Source: Antedon mediterranea (Eukaryota > Animalia > Echinodermata). From it: 64,000 bases of DNA. Below, in pieces: positions 15,601-28,100 of the stretch (position 1 is the first letter of the stretch; every line of letters begins with the position of its first letter). The position numbers and the translations under genes are program-made. The stretch covers positions 16,278,912 to 16,342,911 of the forward strand of contig NC_092675.1 of assembly GCF_964355755.1 (NCBI RefSeq), written 5' to 3'. The notes beneath the pieces are model-generated. The model was not told the DNA's origin and ran no database searches. It saw nothing but the letters and a program-made list of their open reading frames with translations.

Positions 15601-18600
15601 ATTAAATGATTTTATAATTTAAATGTTTAAATTTTTAAGCTACATATTAATTTATGTGTATTCAATTTAATAATGTTTTGTTTTTACAGAATGTTAACTG
15701 CTGTGTTCATCTATTTCAAAGAGGTGCTTATTGTAGACTCATCACTTTTCTTATTGGTACACCAACACTTACTCAGGTCAGAGGTCATTTTATTTGTAAA
15801 GTCCTGTTTTTTATTAGGGAATCACCGATTTGTGACGACCAAACTATGGTTAGTTCATTGGGTCATTGGGAAGTGTGTCCTTGCTCCTCACAGGTTGATG
15901 GTTTCTAGGTTTAGGCGACGACCAATGACTCGATTGATTGACTAGGTTGGTCGTTGCAAATCGAAACATCCTTATTATTGTCCTGAGTGGGATAAATAAA
16001 GTATATCTATCTTATTTTGTGTAATTCTATCACTTTTATACTGATGGTAGTGGTGGAGTACAAACTTAGACACTTAAGTCATTCTGATGATGAGTATGTT
16101 TTTAATTTGTTTTGTTTGTGTAAACAGGACCTAAACAGTCGACGGTGGACGTCATCGCATACAAGAGATTTTGGCTCACTGCATACAACGTTAGCAAGCA
16201 TGGTGCTGCATTGTGATGTTTCCCAATTCAGAACAGTCGGTATGTAGAGTAAAGTAAAATTATATGTATATAAAAAACTGCTACACACTAAGTGATAACA
16301 ATAGACGATGAATAGATATACTTACATTTTTCTTACATAAAACAAAATAAATTAGAAAACTTTTTTAATTTCTTTTGTTTTATGTAAGAAAAATGCACAT
16401 TTGACAAAGTGGACCTTAATAGTACAATATAAATGGTTTATTTCTTATTATTATATATATATATACAAAATTAGTTTATTATAAATTAATAATAGCCAAC
16501 TTTACTAATGTGTGTTTATAATATTTGGATACATTTTTAGTTTTTCACTAAGACTGAAATTTCCCAGATTGCATCATCCATAATTATCATTCCATCTATC
16601 TATATATTAATGCTACTAAAGTTTTCGATTATTTTACGTATCTCCTCCAAAACCACTGAACGGTACGTGCTCACATTTGGCACACTGATGTTTATTGATG
16701 GGCCGCACACAATAGGCTATGTCACTTTCTAAAATTTTAAGGATAAATACTAAAAAAAAACAAAAAATTGCAGTAATTTGACGTCTCAGCGATTACATAA
16801 CGTCACCGTATAAACTGCGCAACCTTCTAGTTGTGTACCGCCGTGGCCGGATCTAGAAATACCATGCCGGGCCACCAAGTTAAAACGGTGTGTAGTCTTG
16901 GCATCCGCCCAACCGTATCGACTGAAGTTGAAGTTTTAATTAGTTACACCTATCCTTTGGAAAAGAATGTGTTTTGTAATTCACGGTTTGGCTCAGTGAG
17001 TACAACGCTGTGGCCATTGAAATTAATGCTTAGTAGGTTCGAGTTCGAATCCCTGATATGTGTAAATAATAAGTATCTCCGCTTAAAGAAAAAAATCTAA
17101 ACCACAATGTAATTACAAAAGTAGCAAAAAAGATACCAAACCTCGCGCTAAAATTGCATCATCTAATTTCAAGTTAGTGAGTTCACTTTTTGTCCGTTTT
17201 AATATCACATCTTAATTCTATAACTTAATTCATATTTATATTTTTTATTAAACTGTTTTAATCTGCCGACTGATTAACAGATGTCACTTTCTAATGTGCA
17301 CCCTAGATTAATATTCACACAGCACAAAGTCCAATATCCAGTGTTGCGCTTTTATAATACTTAATCATCCCATGGGTTACTGCTAGACCACACTTATTAC
17401 AAAAGTAGCAAATAGGTAACAAATCTCCCAAAGAAAAACAATTGCAAAATGAAATAAAAAAAATGTAAATGAAAAAAAACTTAAAATTTAACAATTTGTG
17501 TTTCCGCAGCAATGTGTTGTTCATTCAATTTATGTTCACTTTTTTATTGTATGTATCAAATAATGAATACACCAAAAAAAATACCCAAAATACTTTCATT
17601 AGTGTTTGTGTGCATCATCTAACTAATTCACACAGCACAATTTTTGTTTAGCGTCTTTTATTTTCGTAAAGTCTGAACAGTAAAAAGTAAAATCTAAAGT
17701 TTCATATCCAGTATTGCTTTTACTTTTTAGCTTACAGATATTTTAAAGTGAAGGGATAGTGTATAACAAAATTAATGGCCATAAAATAGTTCAGAATTTT
17801 ATTCTTAATACAATTTTTTATTTTGATAATTTGTCAAAGTACTTTTATCTTTTTTTATAAATGCAAAGTATATAGCCACATATTAAGGCAGAAAAGACCG
17901 TCAGAGCGCTGGTTACTGCTAGTTTAATATTATTTGTATAAATATGTGCATAAATTAAAATCTAGTTGTGTATACTTTTTTATAGATGAATGTTCTGATG
18001 ACAAACATCCAAATATCCTGCCTATCCATGATTTAGAGACACCTTTACAAACACCTGAAGATGTCAAGAACATTCTGTTTGCTCCTGAAGGTCGCAGGTA
18101 CATCAAAGAGGTAAGGTTTATGTCAATATATCATTACAAGCTTTGTCTACACTATCAAACTTTATGTGACAAAAAAGTGTGGTGTACCCATATATGGTAA
18201 GATATGTTTAAATATGGTTGTGATATTCTTAAATATGGTAGTGATATGACATCATCATGTCTATATATGATCACATTTGTTTGTCATCAACAAGTTTGAT
18301 AGTGTAGACAGTGCTTTACATTATTAATATCTTTTAACCATATGGTTACTACATCAATTGTATTGTTTAAATCCTCCTTGATAGAAATAGTTGAAACAGA
18401 AACAGTGCCATCATCAAAAGGCATATTACAATGGTCCAAGACATTTTGGAAATTAGATTCAGGTATACCATGAGGATAAGTAGGGTAGCCGAGTGATTAA
18501 AACACTTGACAGACCTGGGTTCAATTCCTGATACGAACAACTCCCTGTCCGTTTATGTATAAATGAGTACCTGGTTAAAAAAAATACTAGGGAGCATAAA

Positions 18601-21600
18601 GTGGCGTGGAAAGGAACTGGCCACCTTACCACATAATGTCTAGGCTTATTACAATGACATCTTAACAGCTCATTCCCCATGTTTAGAATGAACACAGGTC
18701 TCGCCTTTTTTTATACCATGTAGACGTAGTAAGTATAACTGAATAATTCCTTCATTTTTAGGCTGTAGCAGCTTGTCGTGAGATGACCCCTGGAACCACT
18801 GCATCCGTCATCAACATGTTGCTGTATTGCAGTTATTGCAATGCTGTCTTCAGCCAAGATGTTCTAGAGGCTATCCAGGTAAAAAAATCATATACAATAG
18901 TACCTTTCTTTGGGACACCCCTATGAAGGTTACACCATTATTCAGGGTTACAAGTGCTGTGAAAGAAATGCTAAATATATTTGTTAACACCACGCCCAAC
19001 CCCCTATTCAAGAGACTACACTATTAAGAGGACACTGGGTCCAGAATGTGTCCCCTTAATAGAGGCTCTACACCATTAAGAGGACACTGGGTCCAGAATG
19101 TGTCCCCTTAATAGAGGCTCTACACTATTAAGAGGACACTGGGTCCAGAATGTGTCCCCTTAATAGAGGCTCTACACTATTAAGAGGACACTGGGTCCAG
19201 AATGTGTCCCCTTAATAGAGGCTCTATTCTATATATTATTGATTCTACTAAGTATACAGTTTAAAGTCTGTCTTTTCTATATACAAAATTAACAAATAGT
19301 ATAATCACAATGAAATAGAATTGGAAAAATTAATAATTTGTGCTACTTTTACTTAGTTGCTTTAATACTTTTTTTGTACATGTTTACAGTGTCAAATCAT
19401 AACAGCTCCTTCACATGACCTAAGGTCAATGTGTAGTCTACTACTGGAACTACTACAGGTCAAAGATCAACTGCAATTACAGAGGTTAAAACTGTGTGTC
19501 GAAGGTCATGACAGTGATGGTCTATTAGGTTTGTGTTTGTTTGTTTAGTTACTTATAATTGAGCTAAATACAATAAATTGAAAAAATATATATAAATTTT
19601 ACAAGAATTGGAGAAATTGTCTTTGACACCCTCAGTTTGCTACAGTGGAACAGCACTAGTTCTCAAGTGTACTGACGAGCAATGGAGATAAAATTCACCC
19701 AAAATTGTTCTGACACTTATTGTTTAAAAAATGATATTAAAACCACATTCAAAATAAAATAAAACAAACTAAACATTTTAAAATGTCTTATTGCTTGTAG
19801 ATATTATTCAGAAATATAACACAACAGACAGTCGTCGTAGTTACCAATGCATTAAGTTTCTGGTAACTTTAGCAAACAAATGCCCAGTTGCTAAGGACTA
19901 CTTGGTGTCCATTATGGCTAAATGGCAGTGGGCCATCATCTGGCTCAAGAAAAAGGTAAACTATTTTAAATTTTTATTTCTAAATTTATTTGGGGGGGTG
20001 GGGGGAAACTGTTAATAAAGAAAAGTAATATTGTAGGCAGTTTGGGCAACCTCCGTATACGTATTTGTAAATTTCGCATACTACGTGACACATTTTGTGT
20101 AGTGTGACATCAATACTGTACGTGATAATGATTTGATGCTTTTAGATATGCGAAAAGCTTTTCACACGTTTTAGTCATTGGAAATTAAGTTTCTAAATGT
20201 GGCACAGATCACATTTCACCAGCAAAACCTAACTTATTAAAGAAAATTCAGACAGAGTTGTAGTATAAAAATTGTTTAAGAAAACGACAAAAGATTTAAA
20301 AATGTTGGATATGCATAGTCTACGCTAGAAACGCTTATGCTAGACACGCCTACCACCTACTAGTATTATACAGATATTGACTGCTTAGAGGTTAAATATA
20401 AGATTTGACATCCCCGAGGGAATGATATTAAGTTCGAGGGAATATATATTTCCTGAAGTGCCAGCTGAGGGAAATATATATTCCCCGAGAACTTAATATC
20501 ATTCCCGAGGGGATGTCAAATCTTATATTTAACCGATATAAAAGGCAATATCTGTTATATTATATAGCCAAGAACAAGTCTGCTGGGTTGGGTGAAGCTA
20601 GGCTAGGCCTCCTATAGTATTTGTATTGTATTTAAACAAGCCTGCCTAGACACCTTACCTTGCGAAGAATAATATACAGATAATTACTAATTAATGATTC
20701 CTTGGCAATAAAATATTCACTTAGGCCTAGGTCGTTTAAATTAACAGGAGAATTTCCATCAATAAGCCTATTAATATTAATATTATAATCAGGTAGGCCG
20801 AATAAACAATTCGTCTTCTTCTCGATCTTCGAGGAGGAGCCGAATCACCGGATATTCAGCGCGTACTAGTTACTAGGTTACTACCGTGAGTATTGACCAA
20901 TCACAAACTGTGTTTCATCACATTTAGGGTGGACTAATAACAAATGAGGGCGCTATGTATGCATAGCTTAAATAGTTTAGAAGATTAATTACTTCAAGCA
21001 AGTTTCGTGGCGCAGCGGGTGAAACGTTGTCTTGTGATGGAGTGACAATTGCATCGCAAGTTCAAGATCAGTAGATGACTTTTGTTTATTTATCGGCAAA
21101 CGCGAGTGTTGCACACGAAAATTACACAGTCAATATCATCGTACTCGAGAATTTATATGATTAATGACAGGGGACACGATTATTACGCGAAAATTACACA
21201 GTCAATATCATCGTTCTCGAGGATATATACGATTTACGATCCTCGCAGCGGTAGTCATGTGATGCAGTTTCAACCAATCGCGTTCGCGTATTTACATAGG
21301 CTATGTAATATAACCCTCTTAACGGTACATAAAATGTGGAGAAAAAATGAAAAATGCTATAAATTCAAACGTATCCGTATACATGTTGTGACACAGATAC
21401 GTGTGCATATACATGACGCTCTAACTTCTATATATATATGTCCATTACCCCTGAATGATTACAGTAGATCCCCCTATCGGTACTTCCGGTTTCCCACACT
21501 AGAATAATATTTCATTTGTATTTGATAGATGAACGAACATTCATGGACACCGCAACATACCTCAAACGAATCATCCACAGGTAGAACATTCCAAAGGACG

Positions 21601-21828
21601 ATGAGCGCTCAGGATACTCTAGCAGAAGCCACTGCCCTCTTTGAACAATTAAACACAGAAGATGAAGAAGAAAATAAAGATGATAAAGATGTTAGTATAG
21701 ATACTTCAAATCAAAGTATAGATACTTCAAAACAAGAGACAAGTATGGAAACTAGTGAAAACTCTGATAATGTCACTAACACAACAAGTGAGGAGAACAG
21801 CTTAGGCCTAGATGAAATTGATACATGA
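633..21828 (+). CDS. USP24: Ubiquitin carboxyl-terminal hydrolase 24 (USP24-like), 5'-partial, 28 exons in window
   Basis: GT-AG exons: 633-826, 1693-1921, 2309-2462, 3138-3293, 4601-4832, 4938-4999, 5627-5815, 6642-6753, 7160-7304, 7743-7862, 8165-8386, 8579-8661, 8790-8928, 9409-9528, 10153-10370, 11825-11964, 12358-12514, 13167-13389, 13802-13905, 14160-14273, 14778-15006, 15690-15776, 16128-16239, 17986-18110, 18762-18878, 19390-19528, 19801-19955, 21529-21828 (4377 nt, phases consistent). USP Cys box [19 protein letters not shown], His box [19 protein letters not shown]. The motifs [20 protein letters not shown] and [25 protein letters not shown] match USP24 as I recall it. Confidence 0.9.
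2762..3083. mobile_element. TTAA-flanked MITE family (Kolobok-like), representative copy
   Basis: Family ends TTAAAGATGTATTGTCCCC / GGGGACAATATATCTTAA (right end degenerate in this copy). Related copies at about 1310-1620 (inverted, partial), 6808-7070 and 44018-44170. Confidence 0.6.
3450..3627. mobile_element. MITE (PIF/Harbinger-like)
   Basis: TIR AGCTTGGTTCCCACTAG / CTAGTGGGAACCACGCT with extended inverted arms (CAAGGACGTAA / TTACGTCCTTG). TA-containing flanks. Confidence 0.8.
3885..4342. mobile_element. MITE with 15-bp TIR and 4-bp TSD
   Basis: ATTCTACTGCAGTTA / TAACTGCAGTAGAAT. AATG on both sides (3881-3884, 4343-4346). Confidence 0.65.
5256..5433. mobile_element. MITE (PIF/Harbinger-like)
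   Basis: TIR AGGCCAATTTACAC / GTGTAAATTGGCCT. TWA flanks. Confidence 0.75.
5436..5615 (-). mobile_element. 5S rRNA-headed SINE, copy 2 (truncated at a MITE)
   Basis: TACAGCACCCG...CTCCCATCCAG...AACCAGGCCC...TGCTTAACTT matches the reverse complement of eukaryotic 5S rRNA (TACAGCACCCGG..CTCCCATCCAAG..AACCAGGCCC..TGCTTAGCTT). Homologous to 350-520. Confidence 0.7.
6166..6508 (+). mobile_element. 3' fragment of an RTE-like LINE with (GA)n tail in a USP24 intron
   Basis: Translation [37 protein letters not shown] is typical of an RTE ORF C-terminus. (GA)n at 6484-6508. Possible short TSD ATGTGC (6160-6165, 6509-6514). Confidence 0.85.
10656..11695. mobile_element. piggyBac-like non-autonomous DNA transposon
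   Basis: TIR CACTTTGACTGCCA / TGGCAGTCAAAGTG. TTAA TSD at 10652-10655 and 11696-11699. Duplicated subterminal ACGAAG.TCTTCGTGTTTGGCAGTCA. Confidence 0.85.
12814..12993. mobile_element. High-copy Harbinger/Tourist-like MITE family (representative copy)
   Basis: Consensus TIR AGCTCTGTCTACACTATCAAACT / AGTTTGATAGTGTAGACAGAGCT with TWA flanks. Other full or partial copies at about 10454-10586, 18139-18315, 22189-22343, 23430-23543, 24015-24100, 24983-25110, 25360-25467, 26870-27028, 38443-38490, 45235-45330, 60280-60387. Confidence 0.85.
15045..15480 (+). mobile_element. Degenerate L2/CR1-type LINE ORF2 C-terminal fragment
   Basis: Frameshifted pieces [33 protein letters not shown] are characteristic of an L2/CR1 ORF2 end. 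Confidence 0.75.
15816..15972. mobile_element. Probable MITE with imperfect TIRs
   Basis: CGATTTGTGACGACCAA / TTGGTCGTTGCAAATCG inverted pair. Confidence 0.5.
16595..17922 (+). mobile_element. Non-autonomous Helitron
   Basis: 5' TCTATCTATATATT, 3' imperfect GC hairpin then GGTTACTGCTAG. Inserted between A and T with no TSD. An internal second 3'-end-like GGTTACTGCTAG at about 17375-17386. Confidence 0.75.
18480..18710 (+). mobile_element. tRNA-derived SINE (degenerate)
   Basis: A box-like TAGCCGAGTGATTAA, B box GGTTCAATTCC, body motif TAAATGAGTACC, ending in CGCCTTTTTT. Confidence 0.6.
19021..19227. repeat. Tandem repeat, 52-bp palindromic unit x4
   Basis: CTATTAAGAGGACACTGGGTCCAGAATGTGTCCCCTTAATAGAGGCTCTACA starting at 19021, 19073, 19125, 19177. 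Confidence 0.95.
20370..21310. mobile_element. Composite non-autonomous element with a ~185-bp palindrome and a tRNA-like segment
   Basis: Inverted arms across 20370-20555. TATTATATAGCC (about 20558) is inverted to GGCTATGTAATA (21299-21310). A/B-box-like segment at 21002-21075. About 50-bp direct repeat at 21115 and 21187. Confidence 0.55.
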
Positions 21829-23945
21829 TAAAGTTTATCAAGTTTATATCGGGAACATGCAAACCGTCATCAAGATATCAACCATGTACTGTAGATTGAA
21901 TCAGAAGAGGGCGTTGTGTTGTTAAATAATGGAAAAAATCATATACAGGATTGAATGACGACGCTTTTTTACATTCTTTGATAAGAAACAAATGTGAATG
22001 TAGCTATATTGTATTAAAGTACCAGCAATATCTATCTCCACATCTGATATCAAGAACATGAATGAAGAAAAGGATGGTATCTAAAATTGAAGATGTTGCA
22101 GTATGCCATTTTATTAGTACTATCGAGTTCTTTCATCTGGTATGGCACCAAGAATGGTGATTGACATATACAGAATGAAAGACATACAACTCTGTCTACA
22201 CTATTAAGCTAGTTTGACAAAAAGGGTGTGATATCCCTAAATATGGTAGTGATATGCTTAAATATGGTAGTGATATGTCGACATGTCCATATATGGGCAC
22301 ATCACATTTTTTTGTCATAAAGTTTGATAGTGTAGATAAAGCTTAATATCAAAGAGAGATAATGGTTTTTTTGTTGCTGTAGTCACCAATCATACTTTAA
22401 GATATTTCCTTTTCACTCAAGTCAATAAATATTTAGGAATTTCCTTAAAATAGTATTCATTTATATAGGGAAATATTTTTAATATTAATATTAAGCGTAA
22501 TTATTTCCCTTAGCCTAAGTGTGAATGGTGATTACAGCCAGCTTGGATATATTCAGTTTAGTTAAAGGTTTTGAGGATTAAGATATCAGCCAAAAGCCAG
22601 AGTTATATAGACCTTGCTAAGTAAAGATTTTAGAAAGTATACAAGAGGACAACATAAATTATTATATATTTAGTTTGTAACATACAATGCAGTTTTGATA
22701 GATTTACCCTGTTTTGAGAATTCCAATAACAAGAATACAGTATGTGGTTCTACACTCCCGTTTTCCATAGTGCTTTGTGGCAAATTTGCAATGTTGTGAT
22801 TGGTTGATATGTTTGCCACATTTTGAGTTAACTTTTTAGCCTTAAACCCTCGCTTATTTTAGATCTATTCTAACGCTCTTTGGTTGTTCTATTTTTGGAA
22901 ATTTTACTGGTATCCTATGTAAATTTCATGCACCATGCCATCGTCCTTTCAGTACTTTAACAATGATATAATATTCTCTATTAATTTACACTTTTTAATG
23001 TATACAATCTATGATAAATTATTTTTTAAACAGCAATAACTAGATGTAGTTACATTAACTGAAAACATCTCTTATTTTACATACAATAATGTATGCTTAT
23101 TCTTTTCTTTATAGTTCTACGTAATATAATTTATAAAACAGTACATATTTGTAATAATTTTAAATTGTGAAAATCATTTTTAATTAGTGTGAAAAAAGAT
23201 TATTTATTGTTTATGGAGTGCAAATGTTAGTCTATAACATGGAGAAATTATTATTATTACACAGATACAAGCAAAAGTTATTTCAAGTAATTATTGAAGT
23301 GATAGATATTATGCAATTATTGTACAGGTGTACATGTGTAGTAATGTATTTTTTACCTGCTAATTTGTTTTTGTACATCAACATCTCCCATTTAATATTA
23401 TGTTGGGAAACATTACAACATGGAGTACGGGTGATGTGCCCAATGTTATATGGTAGTGATGTGTCCAAATATGGTAGTGATATAACATCATCATGTCCAT
23501 ATTTGGGCACACCACAATAACATTTTATAGTGTGGACAGAGCTGTAGAGCAGATAATCTAACTGGACTCCTGTCTTACACTTGGTCCTGAAAAATTATGT
23601 ACTTTTTTAACTTAAGCCAAATTATTATTAATATCAACAACTTCGGTACCACAAATTGTCTAAAAATAGATCATAATTGGGGAGATGATACTGTAAATTT
23701 TAATAATCTTCACTTCTTTATCATGCAGTATTTCTGATCTCAAAGTGCCTTTCTCCAATGAACTTAGAAAGTGCTTACATCAATAGATGTGATTCAATAT
23801 GTATACTCTTAGACAATTTAGAAGGTGCCATTGACACAGCGATTTTTGTATATTTCTACAAGTTACATTGTATACAATTATTTCCTACCAGTGGGTTCTG
23901 ATTATAAAGGTTAACAGTACCAAGTTTGAGGAACAATAAGAAAGT

Positions 23946-23951
23946 AATAAA
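23946..23951 (+). terminator. Candidate USP24 polyadenylation signal
   Basis: AATAAA followed about 20 nt later by a GT/T-rich downstream element. Confidence 0.4.
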
Positions 23952-25153
23952 AAACATAAAACTTTTAATTTGTTGTTTTTGGTTGAATTTGTGGTCAGGC
24001 CATGCTGTCTCTTAAGCAGTGTCTATACTATCAAACTTTATGAGACAAAATGTAATGTGCCCATATATTGTAAAACTAGTTTGATAATGTAGACAAAACT
24101 TATACACTCTCTCTCTCTCTCTCCCACACATTACTATGTACATGTGTTTCATATTTGAGGTGGGAGATCCACCATATCCCCACACCACCCACTTTCCAAC
24201 CACAATAAAATTTACATACAAATTACAGGACATAAAGTAATGTTAGTGAATTCACAGATTTTAATGTTTCATTTACTGTACAATAAACCACCCTGTAAAG
24301 CATTTTGATATTTAAAATAATTTATCATATTAACGTTTTAATATCTAACACTAATATGCCTATAAATTACGTTATCATCACTATTATAACAAACAGTTTA
24401 CAAATGTCAGATTTGTTTTTTATCTACAGTAACACCACAAATGTTTGATGATCTAAAAATATTTTTTGTATATTGATAAAACTATATAATCTTTAACATG
24501 ATTTAGATAACAGCCAATATTGATAACAGATATGTTTTGTGACTACCACTGCAAATAAAATTAATGTTTGTATAAACAAGACTTAACCAGGGAAGTGTCT
24601 ATGTTAAATAGGACTAGGTTATAAAATAAACCTGTCTGACATCAGAATGTGCTTAACCCTGTTCTTGTTTTTAAGTATGCTAGCATAGCCAGGTACAGTA
24701 AAACGAATCATGAATGAAACAGTACTATGTTAGGTTGGCAACCTCAGCACAGCAAAAAAAAAATAATATTGGTTAAATATTCCACCTTTCTGTGTTTCAC
24801 TGGCAAATATACATTTTAAAATATACACTAAGACTATATAACTGTAGAAAATGTGTTACACATATTCATGCTGTTTAATAATTTAATACTGTAGAATGGA
24901 ATACACCTCATTGATGAGATGATAACTTAGCATGGATGTACTGTAATGTGCTGTGTGAATTTGTGTCTACCACCCAGCCGAAAGCTCTATCAAAACCAAA
25001 AAATATTATGATGTGCCCAAATATGGTTGTGATATGCCCAAATATGACATCATTATGTCCATATGGGCACATCACATTTTTTTGTCACATAAAGTTTGAT
25101 AGTGTAGACATTAAAGCATATTTAAGATATTCCACCCAATTTCCTTCCTGTGT

Positions 25154-28100
25154 TCAGTTGTTGACAGTGAATGACTGTAGACCAGTAATGCCACGCCCTA
25201 AGATCAATGCATGGATGTCATGTGTTCCTATAAAAGATAGATAAATAACATTTTGTAATAACTCTTTACACAATTACCACACAATTTATGGTAAGGAAAA
25301 TAATGTAGTAAAGTCAGACATGTGGTACACATATGTGTTTCCAAAAGGAAACTATGTAAAGCTCTGTCTACACCATAAAAATGTATGCGCCCATATATGG
25401 ACATGATGATGTCATATCACTACCATATTTGGGCACATCAAACTAGTTTGATAGTATAGACACAGCCTTACTTGTGTGTTGCAATACAAATACAATCATA
25501 CTATCAATAGTTACCTTCATATGTGTTGACTGCTTCCAGATTCATGACATGCCTTATAACATGATACTCATCCGCTATTCCATTACCTCCCAGCATATCC
25601 CGTGCCATCCTAGCAATCTCCAGCGATTTGCCACAAGAGTTCCTCTTAATCATCGAGATCATTTCTGGAGCAATCCTGACATTATGGGAAAATAAAATAA
25701 AATGAAAACTTATATGACAGTGAACAGTGTGTACAGGCGTCAATTCCCTGGTGTGTGCAGGCCTCAACTCCCTGGTATGTGCAGGCCTCAACTCCCTGGT
25801 GTGTGCAGGCCTCAACTCCCTGGTGTTTGCAGGCCTTAATTCCCTGGTATGTGCAGGCCTCAACTCCCTGGTGTGTGCAGGCCTCAACTCCCTGGTGTGT
25901 GCAGGCCTCAACTCCCTGGTGTGTGCAGGCCTCAACTCCCTGGTATGTGCAGGTCTCAACTCCCTGGTATGTGCAGGCCTCAACTCTCTGAAACCCCCTG
26001 GTATGTGCAGGCCTCAACTCTCTGAAACCCCCTGGTATGTGGAGGCCTCAACTCTCTGAAACCCCCTGATATGTGCAGGCCTCAACTCCCTGAAACTTCC
26101 TGGTGTGTATGCATGCCCCAGTCAGGTTTCCACTGTGTACAGGCAATATAGTTTACAAGGGTAATATTGCATGCCATGGAATGCTCATATCCACAAATAA
26201 CTCAATATATAGTTTAACTGCTGCTGATGATATAGGACAAGAAACAGAATATTACTCATAAAAGTCGTCTATACTTTCAGTTTTAATCTTGTCTATTAAT
26301 CAACTTCTCCTACCAACATTTCACTTTTGTTACTTACTTCCCTTGGTCTTTGAGTCTTCCCACTTGTAAACATGCTTGTAAGCCAATAGAGATTTCTGTT
26401 AACATGTCTGCAAATTTCTTTTGCATTAGTTGATTTCGAGCTAGAGGAACGCCAAATTGGTGTCTATAATAAAACATTAAAAAAATAAACACTCATAAAC
26501 TCAATATAATAATATATAACATATGATGTGTATTTTACTATCAAATTAACAATTTCCATTAATGTATGACAATTTTAAACGTTAACATAGAATACAATTG
26601 AACAGTAGTGAAATGGAGACCTATAAATGGTGTACCTGTCTAATGTGTATTGCCTAGCAGTTTCCAAGCAAAACTCAGCAGCTCCCAGTGCACCCCATGC
26701 TATACCATAACGTGCATTATTTAAGCAGCCAAACGGTCCCTAAATATAGAAATATAAGACATTAAATTTTAACAAGTGAGATTCACCACTCAAAATTAAT
26801 ACTGTGAAATTAGAGAAACTCTATCTTAAATAATCAACACAGTAACCCTGATATGCAATTAACTATTAAAGCTCTGTCTACACTATAAAACTTTATACAA
26901 AAAAAATGTGATATATGCCCATATGGACATGATAATGTCATATCACTACCATATTTAAAAATATCACTACCACATTTTGGCAAATCACACTTTTTTTTAA
27001 AAACTAGTTTGATATTGTAGACAGAGCTTAAGACTTTAAATCAATTATTGTGAATACATACAACCAGCCATATTTCTAACAAACAAGTATATAAATCTAG
27101 GCACCATCAACTTTTAATAATAAACTAATAAATCTTCTCTTAAGCTCCTTTTTATAATTGCAGGGTATCAATAGAATTTGATTGGCCACTTGCAAACACC
27201 TCACAGTGATCTGCTCTCCCTGTTTGCATATGAACAGAGAGGAGTTTGAGAGCTACATCTGCTGATCATTATCTCAAAACCATTAAATCGAATATATGCC
27301 TATTCCTTTTATTAATGAAGTTACAAATAGAGTAGTTCAATCTCACCCCTAAACCTTTGGCATTTGGCAATAGATTTTCCTCTGGTATCTCTACATCTTC
27401 CATTACAATCTGTCCTGTTATGGATGCTCGAAGTGAAAACTTTCCCTCAATCTTTGGGGCTGTTAGCCCTTTCATACCTTTCTCTAGAATAAATCCTCTT
27501 AATGCACCACCTTCATCAACATTTCTAGCCCAGACGATAAAAACATCAGCAATTGGTGAGTTTGTAATCCTGAAATGAAAATGTATATTTCTTATTTGTA
27601 TTTAACAATTAAATTTTTATTTGTTTTTTTGATTACAATATAGTTCTTACTGATATTATCACTGTTTTAATAAAAACAAATACTTTGAAACTATAGTTTG
27701 CTGTGCTTTCAACCTTTAGAAATTAACTTATTAAGATTGGAATTGATCAATAGACCTTAATATTTGGGTGTATTAGGTTGGTAATAAACATAATTGTGCA
27801 ATAATTACCCAGCAATATATTCAATTTCTGCCAAGTACAAGACAGAGATATAAAAGGCAATGAAGACCAAACAGTTGCTAAACAACTAGGCTAATTGGTT
27901 AACCTAAAACATTATCTGGACATAATTGAGCGTTCACATCCAAATTATGGCGAGATCATATGGATAATCCAGTTAAATTAACTAGCCATATATTATGTTT
28001 GTTGTGAAAAATGTCAGATGGGCCAGTTACTGGGCGGTTTTACAGACCTGCCACAGGTTATACTGGCAATTAGCCAGCTGATTAAATTGCATTCTGTATT

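Noticed and set aside
25080-25156. Stop-codon readthrough or selenocysteine at the GCDH TGA (likewise USP24 and SPATA20)
   Set aside because: The stops fall at the expected C-termini. There is no TGA-CTAG readthrough context, no recognisable SECIS and no targeting motif in the extensions.
25682-26059. Repetitive ORFs (RPAHTREL)n, (CAGLNSLV)n, (QASTPWCV)n in several frames; one is in frame with GCDH exon 8
   Set aside because: Artefact of a 24-bp minisatellite without stop codons. A normal polypyrimidine tract and AG acceptor at 25676-25677 defines the real exon.
26224-26250. CTGATGA...GAAAC hammerhead-like core
   Set aside because: No stem II or flanking helices can form.
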